This document shows positions 31,001-38,991 of a stretch of 51,819 nt of DNA, piece after piece. The stretch is from contig JAFTYO010000008.1 in NCBI GenBank assembly GCA_017464685.1, positions 1 through 51,819 on the forward strand, given 5' to 3'. The translations under genes were made by a program, and so were the position numbers. The notes under the pieces were generated by a model. The model was not told the origin of the DNA. It saw nothing but the letters and a program-made list of their open reading frames with translations, and searched no databases. The DNA is from Alphaproteobacteria bacterium (GTDB taxonomy: Bacteria > Pseudomonadota > Alphaproteobacteria > RF32 > CAG-239). The first letter of the stretch is position 1; every line of letters begins with the position of its first letter.

Positions 31001-31534
31001 CCCGCTCCAAAAAAACATTAAATTTGCAACAACAGATAGCACTAAGGCAATCACCTGGTTTTTAGTAAGCGCTGACATTGTTTGCGATATAGCCAACATA
31101 CAACCTGCTAAGGCCAAACTGGCCAAATAGCTTAGCAAAATAACCATATTATCCGGATTTCCCAAAACGTTAACCGTTATTACAAAGGGGAAAGTAAGGA
31201 ACAATGCTAATGAGCAAAAAATCCACGAAGCAAAAAATTTACCCCAAACCAATGTTTGTAAAGAAACAGGCATTGTCATAATTTGCACAATTGTCTTATT
31301 TTTAAATTCCTCTGCCCAAAGACGCATTGAAATTCCGGAAATAAATAATAAATATAACCATGGCTGATATAAAAACATCGGCATAAGTGAAGCTTGACCA
31401 CGTTCAAAAAAATTACCGAAATAAAATGCAAACACACCATTTAAAATTAAAAACGAAACTAAATAAACATAAGCAAGCGGTGAAATAAAATATCTTAAAA
31501 GTTCATTTTTTGTTACTATAAAAAGTTTTTTCAC
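28076..31534 (-). CDS. Fused GldF-like permease + GldG-like domain + DUF4340-like domain
   Basis: ELLRYFISPLAYV, SMRLWAEE, GKFFA (GldF-like); LEQDLT, VVADTDF, LRGK (GldG-like); C-terminal TM plus periplasmic domain. Confidence 0.8.
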   Translation of the reverse strand: MKKLFIVTKNELLRYFISPLAYVYLVSFLILNGVFAFYFGNFFERGQASLMPMFLYQPWLYLLFISGISMRLWAEEFKNKTIVQIMTMPVSLQTLVWGKFFASWIFCSLALFLTFPFVITVNVLGNPDNMVILLSYLASLALAGCMLAISQTMSALTKNQVIALVLSVVANLMFFWSGLEFVLSFFRFFMPDYIIDTIASFSFLTHFISMISGLVELRDILFFVSIIILFNFTTILIVSFKTSGTASWLKSTNKYFYIFAWFMLLFIFMGFNLLANNLTRGTQLDFSQDKLHTLDKNTVYILQNLPEPVTAKLYFSNILEQRNPAMRQMFNRVRSLLIQYKANSNGRFDFKIYHPESLDNVEDRAIADGVQPIPLIDINQSALFGLVLNDTLQNKQVIDFLTPDRIASLEQDLTSKIYQLSNHKKTVAILTALPLNGGSSDDNMVLQPWEIVNRINRFYNVKFIKEPQDFEQRPDVLMIVHPQPMSQEMLEAVKNYSKNYGNILLLLDSAAEATRLYSAVNYPFMPSDLGDLSSFWGIRFYHEYIIADLDNSIMVDATSNYKNNPAYTQDIIQFKLKKENLNPKHIITKNLKSLLFSSAAIVLPVESADIDFVPLLQASSISSLMPNKVVYDGLNPRQVLAYFKADNNPKIIAATVHGKSASNQFNMVVVADTDFIYNDFWAKSEMIMDENHFIDLFDNADFILNSLDYLTNNTDLMNLRGKSATNREFKDIERLRKLNMFEYKLKEEEIFNQIEVVKHQLDEIWNKKNFEERETFTADELAIISSIRKNMDGLRKQLSLVRTKVHKDIENLGIKIKIINIFAIPLFLSLLLILSSISKKRKQVKYNGDFVFNRPLLKLIGFAFSVLFVGIISVYISNQSDIQKYEGKLIFENLKDKINEIENISIKTNENELNFVKNDNIWELSQDKNLPVYQERIRSFLSALLEARFYEKKSDKAQNLALFGLQPIDIPNSPNTRIELRDKDNKLIEAFEVGKYDIDLGRGSKAAYIKFDNMFQVWLAEVDFVDLSANKTDWTYSYIWNLRYGRLESVNDNKDPKTIANVMKVILNTPLIKTTESLEGAQKIYTLKIRAENYNEINIDFYELNDDIWIKYDFIGHINSHHLQFFKKYANGLFFGISKDSLELIRHAQESK

Positions 31535-31537
31535 TTC

Positions 31538-32263
31538 TTATTCTCCTCTAGTTTTAGAAATTGTAAGTTTTGCAAAAGCTTTTTCTAAAGTCCTGGTTTT
31601 GGTTTGCTTTAATATATCTTCTGCTGTGCCATCGGCCATAATTTTGCCCTTGTTTATTAAGACAATTCTATTACATACAGTTTGAGCTTCATCTAATAAA
31701 TGCGTTGAAATAATAATGGTTTTATTTTTTCCCATCTTGGCAATTAAATTACGCATATGTGTTTTCTGATTAGGATCAAGGCCATCTGTCGGTTCATCTA
31801 AAAGTAAAATATCCGGATTACTTAGTACGCTTTGTGCAAAACCCACTCTGCGTAAATATCCTTTTGATAAAGTTTCTATTTTTTGATGCAAAACATTTTC
31901 AATATTGGCAAGTTCTATTGATTTTTTTATTTCTTTTTTACCCACTCCTCGAATATCTGCCATATATTTTAAAAACATATTGACACTCATGTCAGAATAT
32001 ATTGGAGATCCTTCCGGCAAAAAGCCGATTTTTTCTTTTGCTTTTTCGGGATACTGTGCAATATCAAGCCCGTCAACAAATATTTTTCCGGAAGTTGGAG
32101 CTAAAAAACCGGTAATCATATTCATCAAGGTTGATTTTCCAGCCCCATTTGGACCTAAAAGCGCAATAATTTCACCTCTTTTAGCAACAAAATTAAAATT
32201 ATCAACTGCCTTAATATTAGAATAATTTTTGCTAATATTTACCAATTTTATGCTTTCACTCAT
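31538..32263 (-). CDS. ABC ATP-binding protein, GldA-like
   Basis: GPNGAGKST, LSKGY, LDEPTDGLDPNQ. Confidence 0.9.
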   Translation of the reverse strand: MSESIKLVNISKNYSNIKAVDNFNFVAKRGEIIALLGPNGAGKSTLMNMITGFLAPTSGKIFVDGLDIAQYPEKAKEKIGFLPEGSPIYSDMSVNMFLKYMADIRGVGKKEIKKSIELANIENVLHQKIETLSKGYLRRVGFAQSVLSNPDILLLDEPTDGLDPNQKTHMRNLIAKMGKNKTIIISTHLLDEAQTVCNRIVLINKGKIMADGTAEDILKQTKTRTLEKAFAKLTISKTRGE

Positions 32264-33368
32264 GCTCTATTTCCTTTTTATAAATTTCACCGCCTGTCAT
32301 AGCTGTATTTATTCCGGTTGTAGTCGGAAAAGTTATAGGTAAAGAATATATTCTTCTTGCAGTTAAAAATGCAATTGCTGCCGCATCATCAATTTGCACA
32401 TCTAATTCAGCCTCTGATAATATTGAAATGTTCATACTTTTTAGATTATTTCTTACAAAACGCAATAACGTAGGATTTTTTACTCCTCCACCACAAATTA
32501 CAGCTTGAGTAGGCACTTCAGGTAAATAAAAAGCCAACGAATATGAAATAGCCTGTGCAATAAATTCGGTTACCGTCGCTGCTCCATCTTCCAGTGATAA
32601 TCCTTCCAAGTGTTCAATTTTGTTGTTAAACTCATTCCTATCAAGGGTCTTAGGCGGATATTTTGCAAAAAAATCGTGCTTTAATAAAGTGCTTACAATT
32701 TTTTGATTAACCTTACCGGTAGCGGCGAATTTGCCATTATAATCCATTAACACTCCGCCATGTTTTGAAACCCAATCATCAATGAGAGCATTTCCGGGAC
32801 CACAGTCAAATGAAATCATTTCCCCGATTGGACCAATCCAAGTAATATTTGTGATACCGCCGATGTTTATAAATACGATGGGCTTACCTAAGTTTTGCGC
32901 CAAAGCATTGTAATATGTCGCACCAATCGGTGAACCTAAACCACCATTTAAAATATCGGCATTATGAAAATGAGTAATTACATCAATACCGGTTTTTTTG
33001 GCCAAAATTTTGCCTTTACCGAGTTGATAGGTATAACGATTGTAAGGTTCGTTACAAATTGTCGGCCCTTCCAAACCGATTGCATCAATTTGTAACTCCG
33101 TTTGAGTCTTAATTTCATTTATGATGTTGCCCAAAAACTCGGTGATATCTTTTTCAACTTCATCAATGAGATTTTTTTCTTTTTCTATACTGATTTTTTT
33201 CCCTAATACCGAGCGAATCTGCGCCCTTAATTTTTCATCAAAACCATAACGACGACTTAAAAATGTTTCATATATGTCAATACCATCGGTTGAAACCAAC
33301 GCAACCTTAACTCCGTCAAGCGAAGTTCCACTCATAAGTCCCAAAATATTAAGTGGTTTTATCATCAT
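32256..33368 (-). CDS. anmK: Anhydro-N-acetylmuramic acid kinase (divergent)
   Basis: GLMSGTSLDG, NIGGI.NIT, FDCGPGNALID; divergent from tyrS. Confidence 0.85.
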   Translation of the reverse strand: MMIKPLNILGLMSGTSLDGVKVALVSTDGIDIYETFLSRRYGFDEKLRAQIRSVLGKKISIEKEKNLIDEVEKDITEFLGNIINEIKTQTELQIDAIGLEGPTICNEPYNRYTYQLGKGKILAKKTGIDVITHFHNADILNGGLGSPIGATYYNALAQNLGKPIVFINIGGITNITWIGPIGEMISFDCGPGNALIDDWVSKHGGVLMDYNGKFAATGKVNQKIVSTLLKHDFFAKYPPKTLDRNEFNNKIEHLEGLSLEDGAATVTEFIAQAISYSLAFYLPEVPTQAVICGGGVKNPTLLRFVRNNLKSMNISILSEAELDVQIDDAAAIAFLTARRIYSLPITFPTTTGINTAMTGGEIYKKEIEHE

Positions 33369-33450
33369 TGTTAAAAAAATTCACCTCACTTCTTGCAATG
33401 TTACAAATATATGCTAATATGCGTTAAAATTTAGTATAAAGGAAAGGAAA

Positions 33451-34704
33451 ATGAGCAAATTTAAGTCTGAATTTTTCAACATAATGGTTGAACGAGGTTT
33501 TTATAATCAATGTACCAATGATACGGGGTTTGATGAGTATGTTGCCGATTGTGAACAAAAAGGCATTCCTGCGGTCGGCTATTATGGTTCAGACCCCACA
33601 GGTGACAGTTTGCATGTTGGACACATTGTGCCGATTATGATGCTTAAACATTTTCAAAACTTGGGACATAAGCCAATTATGCTTGTCGGCGGTGCAACCG
33701 CTCGTATCGGTGACCCGTCCGGAAAAGATAAGCTCAGACCGTTTTTATCCGAAGAAACCATCAAGCATAATATTGAGGGCTTAAAAACATCATATAAAAA
33801 ATTCTTAAAATTTGATGACAGTGCAAACGGAGCAATTTTGGTTGATAACTGGGATTGGTTTAAAGATATTAATTATCTTGAGTTTTTACGTGATGTCGGA
33901 ACTTGTTATTCGGTTAACCGAATGCTCACAATGGACAGTGTTAAAAGCAGGCTCGAAAGAGAACAACCGATGTCATTTTTAGAGTTTAACTATCAACTTT
34001 TACAAGGATATGATTTTTGCGTATTATACCAAAAATATGGTTGTCGTGCTCAAATTGCCGGTGCCGATCAATGGGGTAACATAACCTCTGGAACCGAACT
34101 AGGTCGTCGTCGTTACAATGTTGAGTTGTTTGGTTTTACCAGTCCAATTTTAACTGATGCCAGCGGTAAAAAAATGGGTAAATCAGAGGGCAATGCTGTT
34201 TGGATAAATGATGATAAACTTTCTTCGTATGATTATTATCAATATTTCAGAAATATCGGCGATTCGGAAGTCGGAAAATGTTTAAGAGTGTTTACCACAT
34301 TGCCGATGGAAGAAGTGCGCCGTTTAGAAACTTTACAAGATAAAGAAATCAATGAAGCTAAAAAGATTTTGGCTTTTGAAGCGACCAAACTTTGCCGTGG
34401 TGAAGAGGAAGCTAAAAAAGCGCTTGAAACTGCTACCAAAACCTTTGAACAAGGTTTAACGGGAGCAGATTTACCGGTAATAAATGCTGATTTAAATGCC
34501 GGTATCGGGGTTTTAGATGCGTTTTTGCAAATCGGTTTTGTGACATCAAAAGGTGAGGCAAGAAGACTAATTAAACAATCAGGCTTGAAAATTAATGATA
34601 AGGTTGTTACAGATGAAAATTATCAACTTACAACGACTGACTTGGTTGATGGTCAAATAAAACTTTCACAAGGAAAGAAAAAACACGGCCTTGTGAAGAT
34701 GTAA
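33451..34704 (+). CDS. tyrS: Tyrosine--tRNA ligase
   Basis: DPTGDSLHVGH, DQWGNI, KMGKS, C-terminal S4. Confidence 0.97.
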   Translation: MSKFKSEFFNIMVERGFYNQCTNDTGFDEYVADCEQKGIPAVGYYGSDPTGDSLHVGHIVPIMMLKHFQNLGHKPIMLVGGATARIGDPSGKDKLRPFLSEETIKHNIEGLKTSYKKFLKFDDSANGAILVDNWDWFKDINYLEFLRDVGTCYSVNRMLTMDSVKSRLEREQPMSFLEFNYQLLQGYDFCVLYQKYGCRAQIAGADQWGNITSGTELGRRRYNVELFGFTSPILTDASGKKMGKSEGNAVWINDDKLSSYDYYQYFRNIGDSEVGKCLRVFTTLPMEEVRRLETLQDKEINEAKKILAFEATKLCRGEEEAKKALETATKTFEQGLTGADLPVINADLNAGIGVLDAFLQIGFVTSKGEARRLIKQSGLKINDKVVTDENYQLTTTDLVDGQIKLSQGKKKHGLVKM

Positions 34705-34710
34705 AAAAAC

Positions 34711-34747
34711 AAAAAATCCGGAGATTAAAAACTTTCCGGATTTTTTT
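34711..34747. terminator. Terminator after tyrS
   Basis: AAAAAATCCGGA...TCCGGATTTTTTT. Confidence 0.85.
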
Positions 34748-34753
34748 GATGTG

Positions 34754-34825
34754 TTAGTATGTAACTAATACGGTAAACGAACCTGTATATTCTCCATCTA
34801 ATGGGAAATCGGGAAAGCTAAGGAA
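34754..34825 (-). pseudogene. 3'-end remnant of a DUF4402-like gene
   Basis: Minus strand reads FLSFPDFPLDGEYTGSFTVLVTY*; shares GEYTGSF and the DNA word cctgtatattc with the 38372 gene. Confidence 0.7.
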
Positions 34826-34848
34826 AGCTATATAATATTTAAAAACAG

Positions 34849-34875
34849 AAAAGCTTCGGGGATAAGGCCGAAGCT
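34849..34875 (-). terminator. Intrinsic terminator
   Basis: AGCTTCGG-loop-CCGAAGCT followed by a T run on the minus strand. Confidence 0.7.
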
Positions 34876-34883
34876 AATAGATT

Positions 34884-35153
34884 TTAACGATTAAGAGATT
34901 TGTTATATTCCAGAACGGTTTTATAAGCTACGCAGGAACAAGTCTCTTGCTGTACAATTTGTCCGCAATATGGACAAGTGCTCTTTTCACAACAAAAACC
35001 TATTGTTGGAAATTTTCCTGTTTTGGCATCAATAAAAATGTATGCCGGTCTGCCATCATGAAGCTTAAGTTCCTTAAGCTCTTTAGGAATAATAATTCGC
35101 TCCATAACCAAATAATATTTAAACGATTCATAATTATAAAAAATATGAGCCAT
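34884..35153 (-). CDS. Small Cys-rich putative zinc-binding protein (start 35153 or 35105)
   Basis: FCC..STCPYCG......CSC; own terminator. Confidence 0.6.
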   Translation of the reverse strand: MAHIFYNYESFKYYLVMERIIIPKELKELKLHDGRPAYIFIDAKTGKFPTIGFCCEKSTCPYCGQIVQQETCSCVAYKTVLEYNKSLNR

Positions 35154-35221
35154 TATATGTTTTTAGATTTTTGTGTAAAGAAACTAAATCAGACTATAAA
35201 CAATAAAATTTATAAACAAAC

Positions 35222-35249
35222 AAAAAAGCATCAAAATTGATGCTTTTTT
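35222..35249 (-). terminator. Terminator after rpmE
   Basis: AAAAAAGCATCAA-aa-TTGATGCTTTTTT. Confidence 0.85.
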
Positions 35250-35277
35250 ATATATCAATAACAACTAAATAAAACTA

Positions 35278-35511
35278 CTAGTTTGTACCGCTTTTGATAC
35301 CGAAAGCTGCAAACTTGCTGTTAAATTTAGAAACTTGACCACCTGTATCAACCATACGATGAACACCTGTCCATGCCGGATGAGATTTAGGGTCAATTTC
35401 CAAATTCATTCTAGCACCGGCTTTGCCCCATGTGCTGTTTACTTTGCATTCTGTGCCGTCAGTCATCACATAAGTGATTTCATGATAATCAGGATGAATA
35501 CCTTTTTTCAT
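35278..35511 (-). CDS. rpmE: 50S ribosomal protein L31
   Basis: [16 protein letters not shown]. Confidence 0.96.
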   Translation of the reverse strand: MKKGIHPDYHEITYVMTDGTECKVNSTWGKAGARMNLEIDPKSHPAWTGVHRMVDTGGQVSKFNSKFAAFGIKSGTN

Positions 35512-35597
35512 TTTTCTTCTCCAAATTTAAACTCTATAAACAAAATTTATGCACTTATAACCTAATCAAATAAATTTATCAAGAGTTTTTTTACCTT

Positions 35598-36395
35598 TTA
35601 TTTAAAAATTTCAAAAACTTTTTGACTAAGGTTAAAATTCGATGCTACCAAATTTTGGCTGGCAAAAATTTGTTTTATGTCTTCAACTCTTATGTCTTTT
35701 TGATCTATGGCTCTAACCGAACCGCCGGCTTCTTTAACCAAAAGTATTCCCGCTGCCATAGAAGAAATATGAGAATTTAAGCAAACAAAAGCATCAAGCT
35801 TACCACCGGCTAAATATGCCAAATCTTGTCCGATTGAACCGCTAATGCGCAAATCACCGGTTTTGGCGTTGATGGAAGTTAATATCTTTGTGCTGTTAAC
35901 AATGTTTTCACTGTCAAAATTAGAGCTTATTAAGGAACCGTTAAGTTCTTTAGTGGCCGAAACACGCAAGCGCTCATGATTGCGATATCCTTCTTTATAT
36001 GCGCCTTTGCCTTTCTCGGCAAAAAATGTTTCATCACGAGACGGATTGTAAACAACCGAACATATAATTACATCATTTTCAACCAATGCGGCACAAACGG
36101 CAAAATTTGGATTTCCATGTGCAAAGTTTGCAATTCCGTCAATGGGCGATACGGCAAAATAAGAACTGCAGGATACCTTGTCCGATGATGTAAATATCGG
36201 CAAGTCAGCTCTTATCTTGGCAAGTTCGATTTTTAAGTTTTTTTCAATTCGCGAATATGAATTAAAAACAAAGTTTTTGTTGCTCTTGATAGAATTTTGC
36301 AGTTGTTCCAACTCACAAAAATCTCTATCCAAAGATGAGGCCGATTTTTTTACGGCATTAACAAAAGCCGTTAAAAGAGGTGATACATAAGACAT
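35598..36395 (-). CDS. suhB: Inositol monophosphatase family SuhB-like (catalytic motifs degenerate)
   Basis: PIDG..NFAHG, FFAEKGKGAY, DLAYLAGG.LD, AAGILLVKEAGG; efp-suhB-rpmE synteny. Confidence 0.85.
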   Translation of the reverse strand: MSYVSPLLTAFVNAVKKSASSLDRDFCELEQLQNSIKSNKNFVFNSYSRIEKNLKIELAKIRADLPIFTSSDKVSCSSYFAVSPIDGIANFAHGNPNFAVCAALVENDVIICSVVYNPSRDETFFAEKGKGAYKEGYRNHERLRVSATKELNGSLISSNFDSENIVNSTKILTSINAKTGDLRISGSIGQDLAYLAGGKLDAFVCLNSHISSMAAGILLVKEAGGSVRAIDQKDIRVEDIKQIFASQNLVASNFNLSQKVFEIFK

Positions 36396-36958
36396 TATTT
36401 AGCTCTTTCAACATATGTTGCTTCCGATGTTCCAACCACAATTTTATCACCCGTGTTGATAAACGGCGGAACCATAACTCTTACACCGTTGTCCAAAATG
36501 GCGGGCTTGTAAGAAGATGCTGCGGTTTGACCTTTTACAACCGGCTCGGTTTCAACAACTGTACAAATAACCTGCAAAGGAAGTTGAACGGATATCGGAC
36601 GAGAATTGATATGTGAAATGCGCACATCCATGCCATCGGTTAAAAACGGACGAGAATCGCCTAAAATATCAGAAGGCATGGTAAATTGTTCAAAAGTTTC
36701 GCTTTCCATAAAAGTAAGACCGTTGGAATCTTCAAACAAAAATTGACAATCTTTGTCTTCAACCATCATTTTTTCAACTGTATCTTCGGTGCGGAAACGT
36801 TCATTGGTTTTTGTTCCTTCTTCAACGGCTTTCATTTCTACCTGCATAAAAGCACCGCCTTTACCTGGTTTAATATGATTTGCTTTGGTGATTGTCCAAG
36901 GTTTACCTTTATATTCAATTACCCAACCGATTCTGATTGATCCTGCGAGTTGTTTCAT
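36395..36958 (-). CDS. efp: Elongation factor P
   Basis: KPGKGGAF, ETEPVVKGQTA, VPPFI. Confidence 0.97.
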   Translation of the reverse strand: MKQLAGSIRIGWVIEYKGKPWTITKANHIKPGKGGAFMQVEMKAVEEGTKTNERFRTEDTVEKMMVEDKDCQFLFEDSNGLTFMESETFEQFTMPSDILGDSRPFLTDGMDVRISHINSRPISVQLPLQVICTVVETEPVVKGQTAASSYKPAILDNGVRVMVPPFINTGDKIVVGTSEATYVERAK

Positions 36959-37032
36959 ATTTTTATCTCCATATTTACAATTTTAAGTTTGATTATTTTG
37001 TTAAAAGTGAGCTCAACATACTCTAATATTTA

Positions 37033-37548
37033 TTATTTCGCAACAAAAATTTTATATTTTGTGTCATCTAAAATCACAAAATCAGTCGTAAAGCTTCTAA
37101 AATCAACATCTTCAACCGGCAAAAGTGCAGATTGAAGTAAAAACATTTCACTAAACCATGAGGTAAGCTCTTTGACTTTTTCTTGTCCGTCAATCCAAGC
37201 TCTGAAAATTACAAAATCGGGCTCACATTCACCTACAAGCATTGCCTCGTGTCGGCGATTGCGACATATGGCACCAATAAATTTATTTTTTAAGCCTTGT
37301 GTTAAAGCCCTATAATCTGAAGCAATGTTTTCTGATTTTGATAAATCAACCATTGCTCCGTCAAAATTAAATTTGGCAACGGATTTATCATCAAAGCCAA
37401 GTACGAGTTTTTGTTTTTCTTTTGCCAGTTGAACAAATTTTGTAACAAACGAATCGGGTAAATCAGGTTTTAAGATAAAACACTGTAAATCAGCTTGTTC
37501 CAAAAGTTCAAATTTTTGTTCGGTAATGTGTATAATAAACTTTTGCAT
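37033..37548 (-). CDS. Truncated thiamine-phosphate-synthase-like TIM barrel protein
   Basis: C..RRHEAMLVGE..PDFVIF, WFSEMF; position upstream of efp as in other alphaproteobacteria. Confidence 0.55.
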   Translation of the reverse strand: MQKFIIHITEQKFELLEQADLQCFILKPDLPDSFVTKFVQLAKEKQKLVLGFDDKSVAKFNFDGAMVDLSKSENIASDYRALTQGLKNKFIGAICRNRRHEAMLVGECEPDFVIFRAWIDGQEKVKELTSWFSEMFLLQSALLPVEDVDFRSFTTDFVILDDTKYKIFVAK

Positions 37549-37605
37549 AATCTTGTTTTGCTCTTGTAAAAAAAATTAAAAAATGTATTATAAAAAATAA
37601 TATAT

Positions 37606-37902
37606 ATGAACTCCTCAAAAAAAGGAAGTAAAAAATCTATGGAATTGAAAAAATTACCGCAATCGGAAAAAGCATTAAACGAGCTTGAAAGTTTGTTGCA
37701 ACAACTTCAAGAAGTTTTGCAAAGCAAAAAAAATGCTCTTTTGCAACAAAGACAGTCTTATAAACATAATATGGCTGAAAAAACAAAACAGGTCGATGAA
37801 TTGAAACAAACAATCGCCGATACCTTAAATAAGGTAACAAATGTTGCTCAAAAAATTGATATGGTGTTAAAAGAAGATGGCTCAAGTAACAATAACAATT
37901 AA
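37606..37902 (+). CDS. Coiled-coil protein upstream of zapA (ZauP/ZapB-like)
   Basis: Heptad-rich sequence overlapping the zapA start. Confidence 0.6.
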   Translation: MNSSKKGSKKSMELKKLPQSEKALNELESLLQQLQEVLQSKKNALLQQRQSYKHNMAEKTKQVDELKQTIADTLNKVTNVAQKIDMVLKEDGSSNNNN

Positions 37903-38320
37903 TTCTCGTGAATATGGCATTGCTTGTGGTGACGGACAAGAAGCGCATATTATAAAACTTTCTCGACTTTTAGATGAAAAAGCAAAGCTTTTGACTTCGG
38001 GTAACGGGCAAATTAATGAAAATATGCTCCTTGCAATGGTTGGTTTATTGCTCGCAGATGAACTTGAAGATGCCAAAAAAGGCATTGTCCCGACTGTTGT
38101 TTCTGAGCCGCAAGTAATTGAAAAGGTTGTTGAAGTAGAAAAAGTGGTGGAAAAAATTGTTGAGATAGAAAAACCGATAGAAAAAATCGTTGAGGTCGAG
38201 AAAATAGTGGAAGTGGAAAAAAATGCAGATTTGAGTGCTGTCGATGAGAAAATTTCTACAATAGTTTCCGAATTTTCAAAGCAAATCAGACATATTTCTG
38301 AAGAAATAAAAAATTTATAG
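37877..38320 (+). CDS. zapA: Cell division protein ZapA with EKIVE-repeat insertion
   Basis: MAQVTITINSREYGIACGDGQE, LLAMVGLLLADEL. Confidence 0.9.
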   Translation: MAQVTITINSREYGIACGDGQEAHIIKLSRLLDEKAKLLTSGNGQINENMLLAMVGLLLADELEDAKKGIVPTVVSEPQVIEKVVEVEKVVEKIVEIEKPIEKIVEVEKIVEVEKNADLSAVDEKISTIVSEFSKQIRHISEEIKNL

Positions 38321-38328
38321 ATATATAA

Positions 38329-38358
38329 TAAAAAAACCACCTCCAATTGGAGGCGGTA
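38329..38358. terminator. Terminator between zapA and the DUF4402-like gene
   Basis: A-run then ACCACCTCCA / TGGAGGCGGT hairpin. Confidence 0.7.
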
Positions 38359-38371
38359 AAATTTTGAGCAA

Positions 38372-38836
38372 TTAATAAGTATAAGTTACAATGAATGAGC
38401 CTGTATATTCGCCAGCTTTTACATCTGTGGGGATTGAGAGACTACCAAGAATACGAGACGCTGTAGTACCCGTATCTTGAGTGGTTAATGAAACAGTCAT
38501 AGATCCATTTGCGCCTGTTAAAATAACACTTGTTGGTATTTTAAATTTAGTAGGGTCTTCCATCCGGCATACTGCAACTGAAGCATTTGATACACTGAGT
38601 AGATCTTCTGTTAAAGTGCTCGTTACTTCTTCATCAACATTATTATAATCTAGAGTTAATACAGAATCTTTGTTATTTTGTTTCATAACAATTGTACCAA
38701 AATTTAAATCCGTACAATCAATAGTACCAGCCACCTCAATTGTGGCTTTTGCGGTAACTTCGGCATAGTCTGTGGTTGCGTTTGCTGTGCCTGAAATCAT
38801 CAAAGCAACGGCAGTAGGAAGAAAATATTTTCTCAT
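38372..38836 (-). CDS. DUF4402 / Csu-type fimbrial subunit-like secreted protein
   Basis: Signal peptide, A.ATI, DLNFGTI, C-terminal G.L.IP....GEYTGSF.V...Y; two Cys. Confidence 0.8.
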   Translation of the reverse strand: MRKYFLPTAVALMISGTANATTDYAEVTAKATIEVAGTIDCTDLNFGTIVMKQNNKDSVLTLDYNNVDEEVTSTLTEDLLSVSNASVAVCRMEDPTKFKIPTSVILTGANGSMTVSLTTQDTGTTASRILGSLSIPTDVKAGEYTGSFIVTYTY

Positions 38837-38906
38837 AATTTTATCCTTTATATAAAAATTAAGTTTAAGTATATTTGAAAGGTCAAAAACTCACCTCTCA
38901 TGTCGC

Positions 38907-38933
38907 ATCATAAACCGTTTTTTTTTTTTGCAA
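38907..38933 (-). promoter_or_regulatory. Poly-A spacer promoter, copy 3 (A12; 15-bp spacer)
   Basis: TTGC-A12-CGGTT-TATGAT. Confidence 0.8.
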
Positions 38934-38991
38934 TTTATACGAGTCTTCTTTGTGGATAATTAGTCATTTATGAGGTGTATCTCTCAATATC

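Noticed and set aside
37564-37591. A-rich spacer in the promoter upstream of the zapA operon as another phase switch
   Set aside because: The A run is interrupted, the spacer is a normal 16 bp, and the CGGTT-TATGAT core is missing; ordinary AT richness
38321-38371. 6S RNA expected downstream of zapA
   Set aside because: Only about 50 bp containing a terminator; no room for it
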